From the human T2T-CHM13v2.0 reference genome, Homo sapiens, in NCBI RefSeq assembly GCF_009914755.1, contig NC_060927.1: 64,000 nucleotides of DNA. The stretch is one strand, 5' to 3'. The translations under genes were made by a program, and so were the position numbers. Below, in pieces: positions 15,329-30,029 of this stretch (position 1 is its first letter; each line of letters opens with the position of its first letter). Below the pieces are notes generated by a model that was not told where the DNA came from, ran no database searches, and saw only the letters and a program-made list of their open reading frames with translations.

Positions 15329-15636
15329 CGAGGTGGATGGATCACTTGAGGCCAGGAGTTCGAGACCAGCCTGGCCAAATGGTGAAACCATGTCTCCACT
15401 AAAAATACAAAAAAAAAAAAACATCAGCTGGGCATGGTGGTGGGCACTTGTAGTCCCAGCTACTCAGGAGGTGGAGGCACGAGAACCGCTTGAACCCAGG
15501 AGGTGGAGGTTGCAGTGAGCCCAGATCGCATCACTACACTCCAGCCTGGGTGACAGAGCGAGATGCTGTCTCAACACACACACACACACACACACTCTAA
15601 AACAAAAACAAAACAACAACAACAACAACAAAAACC
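15329..15636 (+). mobile_element. 5'-truncated AluS with (CA)n/(CAA)n tail, inserted in an L2
   Basis: TSD caaataact (15320-15328 / 15637-15645); the flanks rejoin as L2 cattcaacaaataact-atcaagcacttacc. Confidence 0.88.
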
Positions 15637-17714
15637 CAAATAACTATCAAGCACTTACCACGTACCAAGGCCTGCTCTAGGTACTTGGGTACCCAACCAA
15701 GACAAAGATCCCTGCCCTCTTGGCCTACGTTCTCAGAGGGGAGAAACATACAATACACATAACAAGCCTTTCAATCACAAAGTATGTTAAAGGCAGCAAG
15801 TGCTACTGAAAACCAGAAAGAAGCAGGATATGGGAGGTCAGGATGGGGAGGGGACATATACCGAGCCATATGCCTGGCATTTAAGTTGCTTTATACCTTA
15901 CATACATGATCCTAGACTCTTCCATCAGTCCTCCAGGAAAGGAAATATTATCTCCACTTCCCACGGAAGAAAACAAAGGCCCAGAGTGGTTAAGTGGCTT
16001 GTAAGCAGTTAAGCAACTGAACTATTCAGAGCAGTTGATCAACCCTAAATAGTGAGCAGAACATGGACTCAAAGTAGGCTCTAACTGACCACTGAAGCAA
16101 AAAGTTACTTATAGAAAATCTATCTGATTCCAACCACAGAATACCCTTTTACTTCTGAACAACAACAACAACAACAACAAAAAACCTCACACACACGCAA
16201 AAGCAAAACCAAGGAGGGGGGAAGAAAAGGAAAAAAAAAACCAAAACCCTAAATAGTAACTCAAAGCCACAAGGACCTTATCTGTTTTCCATGCTAGCTG
16301 CCCGCCTTCCACTTCTCATTTATAATTAACTGGCACTCCCGTGGCAAGACATTTTTCTTTGTAAAGAATTTTCAACCTTTGAGTGATTCCATGACAACCT
16401 TTGGTAATGGCTAATTTAATAACCTCCATGTATAAATTGGGAACCCAAGGCCCAGACCCTCAGAAGGGGGCAGAGGGTCAGAAGTGATGCTAAGAAGATT
16501 TCTCTTCATTCCTGCATCTCTCCCCCTTTGGCAAAATGCACACAGCAACACCCAACAGCTCTCTTTCAACACACTGATTAAAGCTTTTAACCTGAATGAA
16601 ACATATTCGGAAGTGTGTGGGGAAATATATGATTTGGCTTTTTTTTTAAATAGACATTTATGAAAATAGAACCTGCTAGCAAAGCAGGATTTCGTTAAAA
16701 AAAAAAAAAAAACATACAAAGGGTGCATTGGCTTCATTCTGTCAGAGTTGACATTCTACCTGCACATAATTGGGTTTGTGAATGACAGGTTTCTGAGGAA
16801 TAAGGCATGATTTAGAGAGAGGAGATTCTGCATTCTCCTCTACCCCAAAACAACCTCTGCAAATCCTCTACCCCAAAGTTGCAGCATTAAATCATGGCTT
16901 CCGTATCTCAGCAGCCATAATTAGCCCTTTCATGGCATACACAGTATTGTCAGGCGGAGACCCTCTCTTTAACTATCTCCAAGTAGCTTGGTCATCTGCA
17001 CCAGTGGCCGTTATCATTTGGAAAATGACTAACAATCTATACCAATTAACTTGCCTGCCATTACTTGAAAGGATTCATCATGAGTAGACTGGGGACAGGG
17101 TTGGTGGCAGGAATACTTATCCTTGAGATTTTGACAGGTTATTTACAACACCGAACCCTGAACCACAAGGTCTTGTTTTATGTGAGAAGTGATAGGATGA
17201 AGGCAAAAAAGGGATCTTCCTTTAGAACATGATTTTTGACAAGTTCAAGTAGCAAATTGTAGAAATTGAGATTCGAATGGGATTGCAAACATCATTAAGC
17301 CTGTTTTTTACTTTTCTGTTTCTTTTATTCCCCCCCGCTTCTTAATAAGAGGAAAATACATTTTGTAAAAGAATTCATAAGTGGAAACTCAAAACAGAAA
17401 ACAGGGCTGCCCAAGTTGATGTGGAGAAGAAGACTATGAGCCCAACTTCTCCTAAGCTCAACCTCCTCCCCAAACTCCAGGCACATTCATGGCCTTGAAA
17501 TTCTCAAGGTTCCAAAGCCACAAGGCTAAAAACCACCATATTTCCTAGACTCCACGAAGTCATTTCTAGCATGTGCCAAAATATGAAGTAGGTGCTTGGT
17601 AATTTGCTAGATGGAAAGAAGAAAAAATATAGAGGCTATTAACGGCTTTTAAGAAATAAATAATTCCTAATCATGAAACTCTTAGATAAATAATAATTCT
17701 AGTTGTGAGAAACT

Positions 17715-17880
17715 GTATATCTGGTTGCCAAGACATTACATGGAGATGCACGGGGAATAGTAGGATGTCCCAGTGACTATAATTGGATAGGTCTGAGGCA
17801 GGCTCAGGAATGTGCATTTTCACCAGTGTGCCTGGTGATTGTGATGCAGCCGGTCCTCCAAGCACAGCTCAAGGCCACTC
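17715..17880. mobile_element. MER5A-like hAT MITE
   Basis: ggtctgaggcaggctcaggaatgtgcattttcaccagtgtgcctggtgattgtgatgcagc. Confidence 0.6.
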
Positions 17881-18507
17881 TTCTGTAGTAGCCTCCTAGT
17901 TAGAAAGGAGTGCCGTAGAGTGTGGTTTAAAAACAGGTGTGGGTTTTACCAATATAATCGATGGTCTCAGCAACTCTGGGCAATGTACATTTTCAAACTG
18001 TCCCAAAGAATCTATGCCAGCCCTTCCTTGCCACCATGTCTTAACCTCTTGCATCACTAGGCCCTCCTGCCACTCAGCTGGGTACCCAGTGGGGTGTGAA
18101 AAGGCACTGGTGAAAGGCAAGACTACATCAGACATGAGAATAGTGTCTCTTGTTGCTAGCCCTGCCATCTGTCTTGACTTCCACCTCCCCTGTGGTGTGG
18201 GCTCCTCTGTCCCAAGTCCATGGCTAGATCAGGTTCAGGCCACTTTCATGCACAGGGACAAGGGGCAGACTGCTTAAAGAGTGGTTCAGCCCCAGTACAA
18301 ACCAAGTGACTGACAAGGAATGCACAACATAGGATTCAACATGGCTATGCCCAAGGCAGGCAAGGCCAGAGGTGGGAAAACACACTTTTGTTTAAAACAA
18401 GGGCTAAAATAACCCAAAGCTCTCCATTGCTTTTTGCTAAATAACAGATGTATCCTAGGTATTTAAATTCTTCCATGACTCTAGCTCACTAAAGGCAAAA
18501 GAACACA

Positions 18508-18795
<288 letters not shown>

Positions 18796-20482
18796 CTCTT
18801 TTCATTCTTAATAAGAAAAAAAGAGGAAAACATTTTCCTCCTTATTATACTTATTATAAAGTTATTACTTCCTTATCCTTAAAAAGCAATATACAACTAT
18901 ACAACTAATGTAGAAAAAATCAGAAACTACAGATAAGAAGTAAGAGTAAAAAATTTTCAAAACACTCACAATCCCAAAGATAATCACCATTAAACAGAAA
19001 CAGCTGCTGGTCCTCTTTTCCCTTAGTGTTAAGAAACTGGAGACCAGACTTCATTCTACGTGTTCCTCATCAGCCAGAGCCAGGGGATAAGACTCTGGCC
19101 GGTAACGACAAGACATGAGCCAGAGCCACCCACACATGCACACACAACACTCTCAGCAAATAGATGTGCATTATTCAATCCAGATAAGCGGGTCTGTTCT
19201 GAACTGGTGCCCTGCAGCAGGATCAACAATCCACTTATGTAATGTAAAAGATACCTCCAACGTGGGAATTACATATAACATATACTTACGGGTATCACAG
19301 AGTTAAAAGTTAGGTCCCTTCGATAAAAAAAAAATCTGACAACCAGATTTCACTAGCTATCAACTTGCAATTTTCTGTGCAAGTGGAGAGAGATGCGGCA
19401 CGGATAATTTAAAACCACTAAGACTTGGCTTTGAATTGTGTCTTTGTACGCTAGTCATATAACCTCCAATGCTGCGATAACTTACATCACTTCAAACCAT
19501 ATAATAGATCTCTGGGAAAGGCTGACGCAGGAGGAGCTGGGCAGCGGCCTGACTTACTCCATCTGCTCTGCAGCCCATTTTCCCTGAGTTTCCAATGAAA
19601 GCATCAACTCTTCACATGCACGCACAACACCAGCCTAAAATGAACCAAACATTCTTCTCAAGTGTACTGCCCTTTAGTAACACCTCCGTCAGGTTTTAGG
19701 AGGGAATTAGGTGTCTGGGTAAAGAGAGCTTTTTCTAGACTGCAGGCTGCCTAGAAAAGGTAAGCAAATGAAAGGACAGTGGCTGTTGTTAGCAAGAAAG
19801 GCATTCCCCGGTTGTGTTTCACTGAGTCTGTAAGAACTGGAAGCAAGGTCTGCCTGCCCTAAGATATTGCTGAGATAATCCTGCCTTGAACAGGTCAGAG
19901 TTGTTAAAATTGAGCTATCACAAAAAGCACAAGCAACGCTCCTCAAGAACTGTATGGATCATGTGACCCCCACACAGGGCTTCAGCTCCTACCTTATACA
20001 TCCCTCGCAAAAGGGGTAAGCGGAGAGTCAGAACGCCAGAAAGGAAGGAAGAAAATATATTCGTAGAGGCTGGCCTGAAATCAAATGGGAATGTTCCAAG
20101 AGGTAAAAATCTGCTCCAAAAGATCAAGGCCTCCAGGTGGCAGGTGTGACCTCCAGGCTCTGACTCCTGTTGCTCTAGCTCAACCTGTGCTTTGACTGAG
20201 GATGGCAGGTGAGGGGTGAACAGAGCAGCTATGTTCTACTGTTAACACAACTGCTCATACTTGTGAAGGTTTATAATATTCAATAATTTTCACTTAATTT
20301 ATCTCATTTCTCTCTCAGCAGTCCTATAAAGTTGGCATTTTTATCCATTTCACAGATATAAAAATTTAGCTGATAAACTCATAAGTGACTTGACTGAAGT
20401 TAAGGACCTATGTCATCTGACTCTAAAACCAGTGCTTTCTCCTACCTTGTTTTAGGTACAGTGTCAAAATATTCCTTCTCTT

Positions 20483-21241
20483 ATTCCATCCATATCCATC
20501 CATCTACCTGTCCATCCATCCACCCATCTATCCATCCATTCATATCCGAACATACATCCATATCTATCCATCCATCCACCCATCTATCTATTCATTCATA
20601 TCCATACATACATCCCATAAATACATCCATATCTATCCATCCATCCACCTGTCTATCCATTCATTCATATCCTTAAATACATACATATCTATCCATCCAT
20701 CCACCCATCTATTCATTCATATCCATACATACATACACATCTATCCACCTATCCACCCATCTATCGATCCATTCATATCCATACATACATCCCATAAATA
20801 CATCCATATCTATCCATCCATTCACCCATCTATCCATTCATTCATACCCATAAATACAGCCATATCTATCCACCTATCCACCCATCTATCCATCCATTCA
20901 TGTCCATACATACATCCATATTTATCTATCCATCCACCTATCTATCCATTCATTTATATCCGTAAATACATCCATATCTACCCATCCATCCATCCACCCA
21001 TCTATCCATTCATTCATATCCATAAATACATCCATATCTATCAATCCATCTACCCATCCATTCATATCCATACATACAACTATATCTATCCATCTATCCA
21101 TCCATTCATATCTGTAAATACATCCACATCTATCCATCCATCCACCCATCTATCCATCCATTCATATCCATACATACATCCATACCTATCCATCCAGCCA
21201 ACCAACCTACCAACCAACCAACTGCCCACCCACTCACCCAC
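20483..21241. repeat. (TCCA)n-based complex tandem repeat with a higher-order unit of about 56 bp
   Basis: Anchor ccacccatctat, or a close variant, recurs at about 20520, 20576, 20645, 20701, 20752, 20822, 20878, 20934, 20994, 21050 and 21142. Confidence 0.9.
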
Positions 21242-21615
21242 CAACATTGACTGAGCAGCTACTGTGTGTTAGGCACTGCACTAAGATGCTGGGCACACGA
21301 CAGTCATTAAGACAGACAACATGCCTGCCTTCGTGGAGCTTTGAACCAAGTGAGGAAGACACTCAACAGTTAAGTAAACAAACAGATAAACCTGCCATTT
21401 ACAGATTGTGATAAGTGTTATGACAGAAATAGGGAAATCAGAAAGAGAGGAACTGAGGATGGGTGAGGAGGGGCCTCCCACTGAAGTGACATTTGAGTTG
21501 TGATGAGAAGACTATGAGGCAGATATGAGAAAAATCAGAGTACGAGTTTTCCCGGCAGAGAAGAAGTGAGCACACAGGTCCTGAGGTGGGGAAGAGCACT
21601 GTGTGAGTCATTCTC
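21242..21615 (-). mobile_element. L2 3' fragment
   Basis: ttgactgagcagctactgtgtgttaggcactgcactaagatgctggg...gaagtgacatttgag. Confidence 0.8.
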
Positions 21616-22436
21616 AGAAGGTGATATTGTGGCCTCCCTCCTCCTCCACCACTGTCTAGATTAATGACAGTGACCAAACTGGCTGGGCCACTGCCTGTCC
21701 CAAAGCCCAAGCACAGATGTGAAATTCAGGGGACGGTGCCATTTTAGTGGGTGTAGGAAACTTCGCGTCCTCCCTAACCCGTTTCTCCTTGGAATTTCTA
21801 TATCCCTCTGTCTTGATACCCAGACGTCAGCATATCCTGTTATTTGCAGTCTTACTGGCTCCTTAACTCCCTGCCCCTAGCCACAATACTTTGTTTTTCC
21901 CCTTTTTTGGCAAACACTCAGTCTGAATGAGGGACCCAGGCATGAACCTTGACACTTGCCATGTCTGGGAGCAAGATTTCTATCTCTGTGAGAAAGGAAA
22001 AATGGTTTCCTAATAAACACAGAAGCTCAAGGGCGGAGACTGTGACGGGGCCAGCTGGGTATGAGGCTGGTGTGTGCTGAGTGCCAAGACCACACTGCCT
22101 GGTCCTATCCAACTCCCTCCCTTCCGGCTGGGCTCCAGCGGCTCTGGCCATCTGCACCAAGAAGTGCTTCTCTCTCCCAGGGGTTGCTGAAGTTGGTACA
22201 GGGTAATTTTCAGGGGCAGTTGTTTCCTCTTTTTAATATGCCAATTCATGCTTCAATGAAGAATTATATGCAGTGCCTTACTTTAGACTAATTTATCTTG
22301 TAACTTTTGAGCAGTGGAAATTCCTTCCCTTTTAAAAATAAGCCTCCTGGGTGACTTTGCTTGGAAACATATAATTTAAAGATCTCTTACTGTATTTTGA
22401 TTTGCAGAAATGATGCCTCAGTCATTGAGGGGCAGT

Positions 22437-22850
22437 ATCTTAGATTGGTTTTCCCCAGAATCAGACTCTTGGAAGGTATCTGAATCTTGTGGGAGAAGAT
22501 CCCAAAAAGGCCTGACAGGGAACAGAAGAATGAAAGTGGGGAAGGGTAGGATGCCAATAGAGTGTAAGTTAATGAACAGGTAGCAGCTTTGAGCAACCAG
22601 AACTCATTTCAGCTGAGGACCTCTGGGAGACAGTACAGAACATTCCTCAGATACATTCCCCTTGAGAGTCAAGGAAGTAGGGGTACTTATCAACCAACTC
22701 TCAACAGCCATTGGTTGAAGACCACTCCTTGGTGCTCTTTGCCCTCTCCCACAGGCAAGACAAGCAGGCTCAACCAACAAGGTAGAGTTTCTACAGAAGC
22801 AGGAACCATGAGTCCAAAAGGCGGAACAGAGGCAATGCCGAAATACTTGT
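22437..22850. mobile_element. Ancient ERVL/MaLR-type LTR (subfamily uncertain)
   Basis: Begins tatcttagattggttttccccagaatcagactc, like old MLT1/ERVL LTR termini. Confidence 0.45.
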
Positions 22851-23009
22851 GGCAGTCAACTTCATTTATTAAACAATAATTCACTGAAAATTTACTGTGT
22901 ACCATGCATTGTGGTAGGTGTTGCAAGGAGTTAAAAAAATAAAAAGGAGTTTCTATCTGACACAATGATATAGCCAGAAATAGCTAGACCATAAATTTCA
23001 AAGTGGAGA

Positions 23010-23300
23010 GTTCTTGTGAAAAAGATATTTAAAAGAATGTTCTTGTTCTGAAGAGAAAGATGCTGAAATGTATACAGATAAGGGATGATGTTTGCAATTT
23101 ATTCTCAGATGGTTCAACAAAAATGATATGTGTATATGCCTGTGTGTGTGGAAAGAGAGAGGAACAGAGGGAGAGAATAAGCAGCACAAATGTGGCAAAA
23201 TATTAACAGAAAAATCTAGAAGGGTGTTTGGGAGTTTGTTATACTATTCTTGTAACTTTGATCTAACCTTGCAATTTTACAAAATAAAAAGTTTTAAAAC
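23010..23300 (+). mobile_element. Old L1 (L1MC/ME) 3' end
   Basis: gagaaagatgctgaaatgtat...caaatgtggcaaaatattaaca...tactattcttgtaacttt...aaaataaaaagtt. Confidence 0.65.
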
Positions 23301-23707
23301 AAAGAAAGTGGTTGGTACTGCGACTCTTTTGTTAGGCCATCATTAATGTGTTAGCCACTGTGCTACAGAAGGTTCCTGGTTAACAACAGATCAGGGAAGG
23401 CCTGCTTGAGGAAGCTGGACCCAAAGGTTACTGAGTAGGAGAGGTTTCTAGGAAAAAAGATAATGAAAAAGTAGTCCTAACAGGTGAATAAAGTCATGGC
23501 AGGGGGAGAGAACATGCTGCCACTGAGATGTTGACAGGAGTCTAGGATGGTAACAAGATGGCAGCTGGGAAGGAGTTTTGGCTTTATTTTAAAAGCGTTC
23601 ACAAGCCAGTGAGGAATCTGCCTACCAAGCACATAGAGAGCTAATTCAACTTCGTGATGAGTAGACGGAGTGAGCCCTCAAAGGAGAAGAGCTTGGCCAC
23701 TGATGGT

Positions 23708-23721
23708 GTCTCCATGGCAAC
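23708..23721. promoter_or_regulatory. RFX X-box motif
   Basis: GTCTCCATGGCAAC matches the X-box consensus GTYNCYATRGNAAC exactly. Confidence 0.4.
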
Positions 23722-24663
23722 ACTACTACCTGCATCCCCACATCACTGTATCCCTGTGCAAGGCTGTGGGGTATCTAGAAAAGCTCCGATTTCCTCAGCT
23801 GCCTGTCAGACCTGCTGTTCTGCAAAGAATAAACCATGGTAGATAGAGTTGGTTACTCCTTCTAGATATATTTCTCCACTTCACTTTGTCTACATGCCAC
23901 CTGTGATTTTATGGCATGCACACTTTTGCTTCATTGGACATTTATCAGAGCAAGTTCTAAGAGCCCCTCCTTTCCAGATAAATCCTTTGGGGGACCAATT
24001 TCTGAGGAAATGAATGAAAACTGAATTCTAACACACCTCATCTCCAAACTTCAAGGCAAGGATCAGAAGACTCCACAAAACACCTCTTCGTTTGCTTTTC
24101 TCTTCCATGCCACCTGCTGAAGTACTTGTTTAGTCTCTACCTTCTTTGTGGACGAGGTTGGCTAAACTTATACAGACAAGATCTGAGGCATAAAATATTC
24201 CCTAAGTACTTAAAGGCAGTATACCACAGTGGGTTAGGATCTTAGATTCTGTGGTTACCATAACTTGGGCTCAAATCCTAACTTCACTGAGTTGCCACTA
24301 GGATTTAACAACTTAATATATACAACATTCTTGGTATAATGAAACTTGACTATGTGCCAGTGTGCTAGGTCCTACCCTATGTCTAGGGATACAAAGTCAA
24401 ACAAACAAACAAACAAAAGTATTTAGGGTTCTTGTTCTCTAGAAGTCAACCTAGACCCTACTAATCTATTTCCAGCTAGGATGGAAAGAGATCAATGGAA
24501 AACAGACGGGTGGTGAACAATTCATTTTGATAAATCTTAGCAAATCCTTAGTGTACACTTAAAGGTGTGCTGGACTGAGCAAGGTAATTTCATTATTATC
24601 CCTACCAAAGGATTATGTATCCTTGACCAAGTTTTTAATCCTTCAAGGTCATACTAATGACTG

Positions 24664-24975
<312 letters not shown>

Positions 24976-26539
24976 TGACTTTCTTTTCATACCAAGTTGC
25001 AATAAGGCAGACAGGTTAGACAGTAAATTAATGACCTGTCGGATGAATCAAGGACTTTAGAGTTACCAAGCCCTTTCATTTCATGTAACTTTTGAATTGC
25101 CAATAATCTCTACAAGGTTAGTCAGAAGAGCAGGGGTTCTTTATAGATGAAGAAAGTGAAGTTCAGAGAAGCCAAGTACTGTGGTTACTACTGAATGCTG
25201 GAGGTATCTGGAACCCCAAGTTTACTCATTTTCCCCTGAGCCCAGGGGCATAAGGTCAGTTTGGCTTCATTTTGGGGGTGTGACTTCTCCAACTTTTTTC
25301 AGAAAACATTTTCTGAGTATGTGCCAAGCTCTGTGTCAAACGCTTTCCACGCTTTTCTTATTAATCCTCAAACCACACTATGAGAAGAAAATTATTGTTA
25401 TCCTTCTCATGTTACAGATAGGACAACCAAGGCTCAACGAGTTTGTGGAACTTACCCAAAGCCCTTCACCAAACACCTGAATACCTTTTGGCAGCCCCTC
25501 CAGACTGGCTGCACTGGTCCCTTAATCCATGTAAAACAAGATGTGCTTTTTCCCCTGTTCACAGAGAGGCCCCCAAATCACTGGCAAGTCATAGGAAATT
25601 CTTAAGTGGCTGCTTATTAATAACATTTTCAGTTTATATTAGGCCGCCTTTCATCCAGGGGAACTGGGCCAGCTCCATGCACAGAGAACCACAGAAATTC
25701 AGCCATCTCTGGTATGGACGTGAGCCAGCTGGCAGCGGAATCCCTCAGGGGCTTGGCTTGTGGTGATTCTGGCAATGGTCACACCCTTCAAAACTTGACA
25801 GGGGCCCTTTAATATCTGTGCTGAAGTGCTGGAGGGAAAAACTTCCCAGAAATCCATGTTGCTCAGCAAAGGAGGCCAGAGGCTCCGGACGACCCCAGTG
25901 GACTTGCGAAACAAGAGAATCGAGCGATTGGAGGTTTACCAGACACCAATGCTGGATGTAAAGCCCCTCAATTCAGATTGAGTTAGACACAACAGGGAAA
26001 GACATTATTTTCAGGAGAGACCTGGCTTTAGTCAAGTCCGAAGAAAGAAACAAAACAAACAAAATTCTCAGGGTTTTCTACAGGAGGGACAGGCAGCAAA
26101 AGTGAGATGCTGATTTCCCTGATTTGAGCTGGATCTATGGAAAGGTTTTTGTGGTTTTGTTCTGAGCTACAACTCGCTTCCTCATTCTTACAGCAGTGAA
26201 AGGAAGGAGGAAAGTACACAGAAAGAAAATATCATTTCCTGGTTTCATGATTTTTTGGAAAGAAGCCCTTGATGAATTGGATTCACATGTCTACAGGAGT
26301 AAGGTTTTGAAAATATTAAAAAATTTGTTTTACTCCGATTTGACAAGGTGCTGGTTGAAGGATGTACCCCTCCTCCATCCCAGCCCCCGCACTGCGTCCC
26401 AAGCCTGCTAGATGTAGCAACGCCTACACACTTTTAGCATAGTTGACGAAACGAACAAGGAGGAGCCGGGACCGTGGACTTCCTTGGTGCACGGGATGAG
26501 TCTTAGTCATTTATTCATTATCTCTTTTTACCACCTCTA

Positions 26540-27000
26540 TCTTTACTATCCTACTCCAACTCACCATTACCTCCTGCTTGAGCTACTACAATAGCCTACT
26601 TCTTAATTTCCTGCCTCCATGCCTGCCCTTCTAGAATCTAATTTCCACCACCGTTTGTTTTTTAAACAATGATGATAACACTCAGCTCTCCTGCTTAAAA
26701 TGTGCCATTAACTTCTGACAACAGTGAGAATGAAGCACAAACTCCTTAACCATAGCCTACAAGACCCTATATAACCTGGTCTGGTCCTCTCTCCCCAAAT
26801 TTATTTTGTTCTACTCTATTCCCCATCTTGTTCCAGCCTCAGCAGTCTTTATTTGTCCTTTGAATTTGCCAAGGCTTTCCCTCTCTTAGGATCTTTGCAG
26901 CAGCTGCTCCTCGGCCCAAAACACCCTTCCCTCAGTACTTCAGGAGCTGGTCTGCTTTTCACTATTCCCATCATCAACCAAAGACATCTTTTCCTTAACA
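26540..27000 (+). mobile_element. L2 fragment
   Basis: cagctctcctgcttaaaa...aaactccttaaccatagcctacaagaccctatataacctgg. Confidence 0.65.
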
Positions 27001-28928
27001 TCAGACGCCATTTTATTTGTTGGTGTGTCTAAAATACCTTTTCCCATTGTAATGTAAATTTTAAAATCCTTTATCTAGAATAATAAGCATTCAATAAGTA
27101 GCTCTTTGAAATTTTGACTAATACTTAGTCTGAAATCTAACTGCAACCAGTGAGCTACTAACAAGATATGACCAAAGCGTAAATTTTATTTTTCATATTT
27201 ATTTTTTTACAATAACTGAAAATGTATATTGCTACAATGATGTCAAAAATGTAGAATGTGATTCAACTACATGACGAGTAGTGTTTGGCCAAGATCACAT
27301 TAAAGAAAGACTGCCTTTGTCCTCAATTAAATGAAAGTATGCAAAAGCTTAAGATGAGGTAGAGAAAAATATATTACAGCTGACAATGTACCATATCTAT
27401 AGTGTAGTAATTTAATTCTGTTACTGTACTGCAAAATGTCAAGTATTTGAAAGAACGCCTCAAGTACAGAAATACTGAAAAACTCTGGCCTAGCACACAG
27501 CAAATGTTCAAAAGGTTGTTAAACTGTTGAGTGAACAATAAAAACTATCTGAGAGATAGAAGGAACAAGAACTCCTATGGCCTTGGCATCTGAGACCACG
27601 ACCGTCAATTTACTCATCTACGGAATGGAAGAAAATCAGGTAACTCTCTCCTTCTAGCTCCGCAGGGTTTAACATTAGCTCCTGGGTAATCATGTAGAAA
27701 AATGCTGCATTTCTCTGGGCTATCTGCTCTGGGGCAGAAAAACATTATTTTTTCCAGTCTCACATTAACCTGTAGAGATTTCTCTGGATGAGTTTACAAC
27801 AACCTACCAGCCAACTTAGCAGTTTTAAACCTTTCGGGTGACTTGATGCCCTTAAAATCTGATGAAAGCTGGGATCCTCTCCCTTAAAAAATGGACATAT
27901 GCACATTCACAGAAAATTTTGCATTAAATTTCAGAAAGTTCATCAATTCTGTCCAGTCCTTTGCTGTCCAGGGATCCTAAGCTAAAAACATCTGGTTTGG
28001 AAAACTGGTTAAGTGCAAAAGACCGGCTGTGATATTTTAAACTACCCACAGGGCCAAAGTCAGCGCCTTACATCTCGCAGATGCTCAATTGCTATTTCTC
28101 ACTCTCTGTAACATTCTTTTAAAAATTCAAAATAGCACATGATATCATAGTTACCATTTAGGATGCTGCATCTTAGCAATTCAGTGGTGCAGGATTTAAA
28201 ACCATTTTTAAGCATTACAAGGGCAAACAACGTGAGTGTTTAGGCAGCTGGTTAGGCAGCCAAACTGACACAGTGAAAAGAAGGCAGGTTCAAGCTTTCT
28301 GATCAGTCAGGCCCTGTGATTATGCTGCTTTCTACTTATTCCCCTTTCAGAAGCCAGTCTAGCAAGAATCGAAGCTCCTGTTGAGAGAGGAGCACGTGAA
28401 TTCTTTGCTGTGCATTTTCACCCTCCTTCCTAATGAGGCAGGCACTTCGGAGTGGCCCAACCTCCACAGGATGCAAGGGTGGGGGTGTCATCTTTCCAGT
28501 CCGTGGCAAGCTTCTAGTCTTGACAGGCTTTCCTGGCAACTTCTGAGATGATGAACTCAAAAGCAAGTAATAGACTCAGGCAGCGATTTAAATGAAGTTC
28601 TGACTCTTGATGGATAAGCTGTCAGGAGAAGGGGAGAGCTGTAGCTGAGGGCTATGCAGTTGCTGTGCCAGGAGCACGCACTTCATATCCCCTGACTACC
28701 TAACCAATGGCTGGACTGCCAGGAGGATGCCTACAGAAAACAGCCCCTTGTAAAGGAGGTATTCCTCTGACAGCATCACAGCAGGAGACCTGGAGAAAGA
28801 CCCTACATCACTGGTACTGAAAAGGGACAGGAGCCCTAAGGTATTAATCAGAATAAAAGGATGTATATTACAGAGAAAGAAAGAAAAAAAGACTATTAAA
28901 ACTTTAATTTACCAAAAATTAAACTTTC

Positions 28929-29057
28929 TTTTTAATTTGTATAAATTTAGGGGGTACAAGTGCAGTTTTGATACATGGATATACTGCATAGTGATGAAGT
29001 CTGGGCTTTTAGTATATCCATCACGTAAATAGTGTACATTGTACCCATTAAGTAATT
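28929..29057 (-). mobile_element. Short L1MA-type 3' end
   Basis: gggggtacaagtgcagttttgatacatggatatactgcatagtgatgaagtctgggcttttagt. Confidence 0.75.
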
Positions 29058-30029
29058 AACTAAAACTTTCAGTAAGCCTGCAGAACATTCACATTCGTAA
29101 GAACGAATAAAATACAGAGTAAATGGAAAATAGGGTTTCATTCCAGCACACTTAGGCTATTGGTAGGTGTTCAATACGTATTTACTAAACTGGAAAGAGA
29201 ATCAACTTCCAGGGGGTATCCAAGGGTTGGGTTAGCATGTAGTGTAAATCTCCTGGGCCAACTGTAACTCATGGGTACAGGCTGCCTCCAGTGCTGTGTT
29301 GAGAAGGACTCTGGGGATGCATTGGGGCTGGACAGAAAAAAACGTGTCGATTATTTGTGAGGTCTGAAGTGGACTAAGGAGACTGGAGCATGGTGATACA
29401 GGTGCCACGTATTTGACATACTAATCATATGGTCAGGACATTTATAAGAGTAAAGTCCAAACAGCCTGGTGTCTAGTGAGGTGACAAATATCAAACTCAG
29501 ATAATGTTCACAATCAACCTCTTCGGGCTTCCTTACAAAATAGGATCATTGGGATTCATTTTCAGGACAATAATCTGCATGGCTGCCACAGCCTGAATCA
29601 CAAGATATACTCAGTTGGGCTAACCCTGCTTTTCCTATTAAGGCAGAAAAAGTATCTGTCATACTGTACAAATTTACAAAACCAAGACGGATAATGAACT
29701 GGGATTTAATTTAAAATAGCCAAAACCTCAGTTAACCAGAACCCCCCATTCCCCAGAATACTCCTTTCATGTACCACTTCCTCCCCACCCCAGGTGACAA
29801 CAGAGCAAACACCTGTGCTCTTTGAAACTTCACAATGCCTTTTACCTTAATTTATATAAATCAGAACATTTTTTACTTAAAAACAATAAAACCTCATCTG
29901 GGAAACATCTACTTCTTATAATCTCAAGTACCTGAAATATTTGTAATTGTACATATAATATAATTACACACACATTCACACAGTAAGTCCCAAGATATTT
30001 CACATCTCTTATGTCTGTAAGTTGTGACG

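Noticed and set aside
15329-15600. Antisense Alu with (UG)n next to its typical cryptic 3' splice site as an exonised Alu
   Set aside because: The usual Alu donor positions are weak here (AA|GTGCCC), so there is no support for an exon.
19251-19275. TGGAG|GTATCT site as the missing upstream cysteine-rich-domain exon end
   Set aside because: An in-frame TAA lies four codons upstream of the Trp and there is no Cys motif.
20483-21241. Regularly spaced repeat resembling a CRISPR array, and ORFs 20410-20676 and 20922-21149
   Set aside because: No unique spacers, eukaryotic context; the ORFs are low-complexity translations of the repeat.
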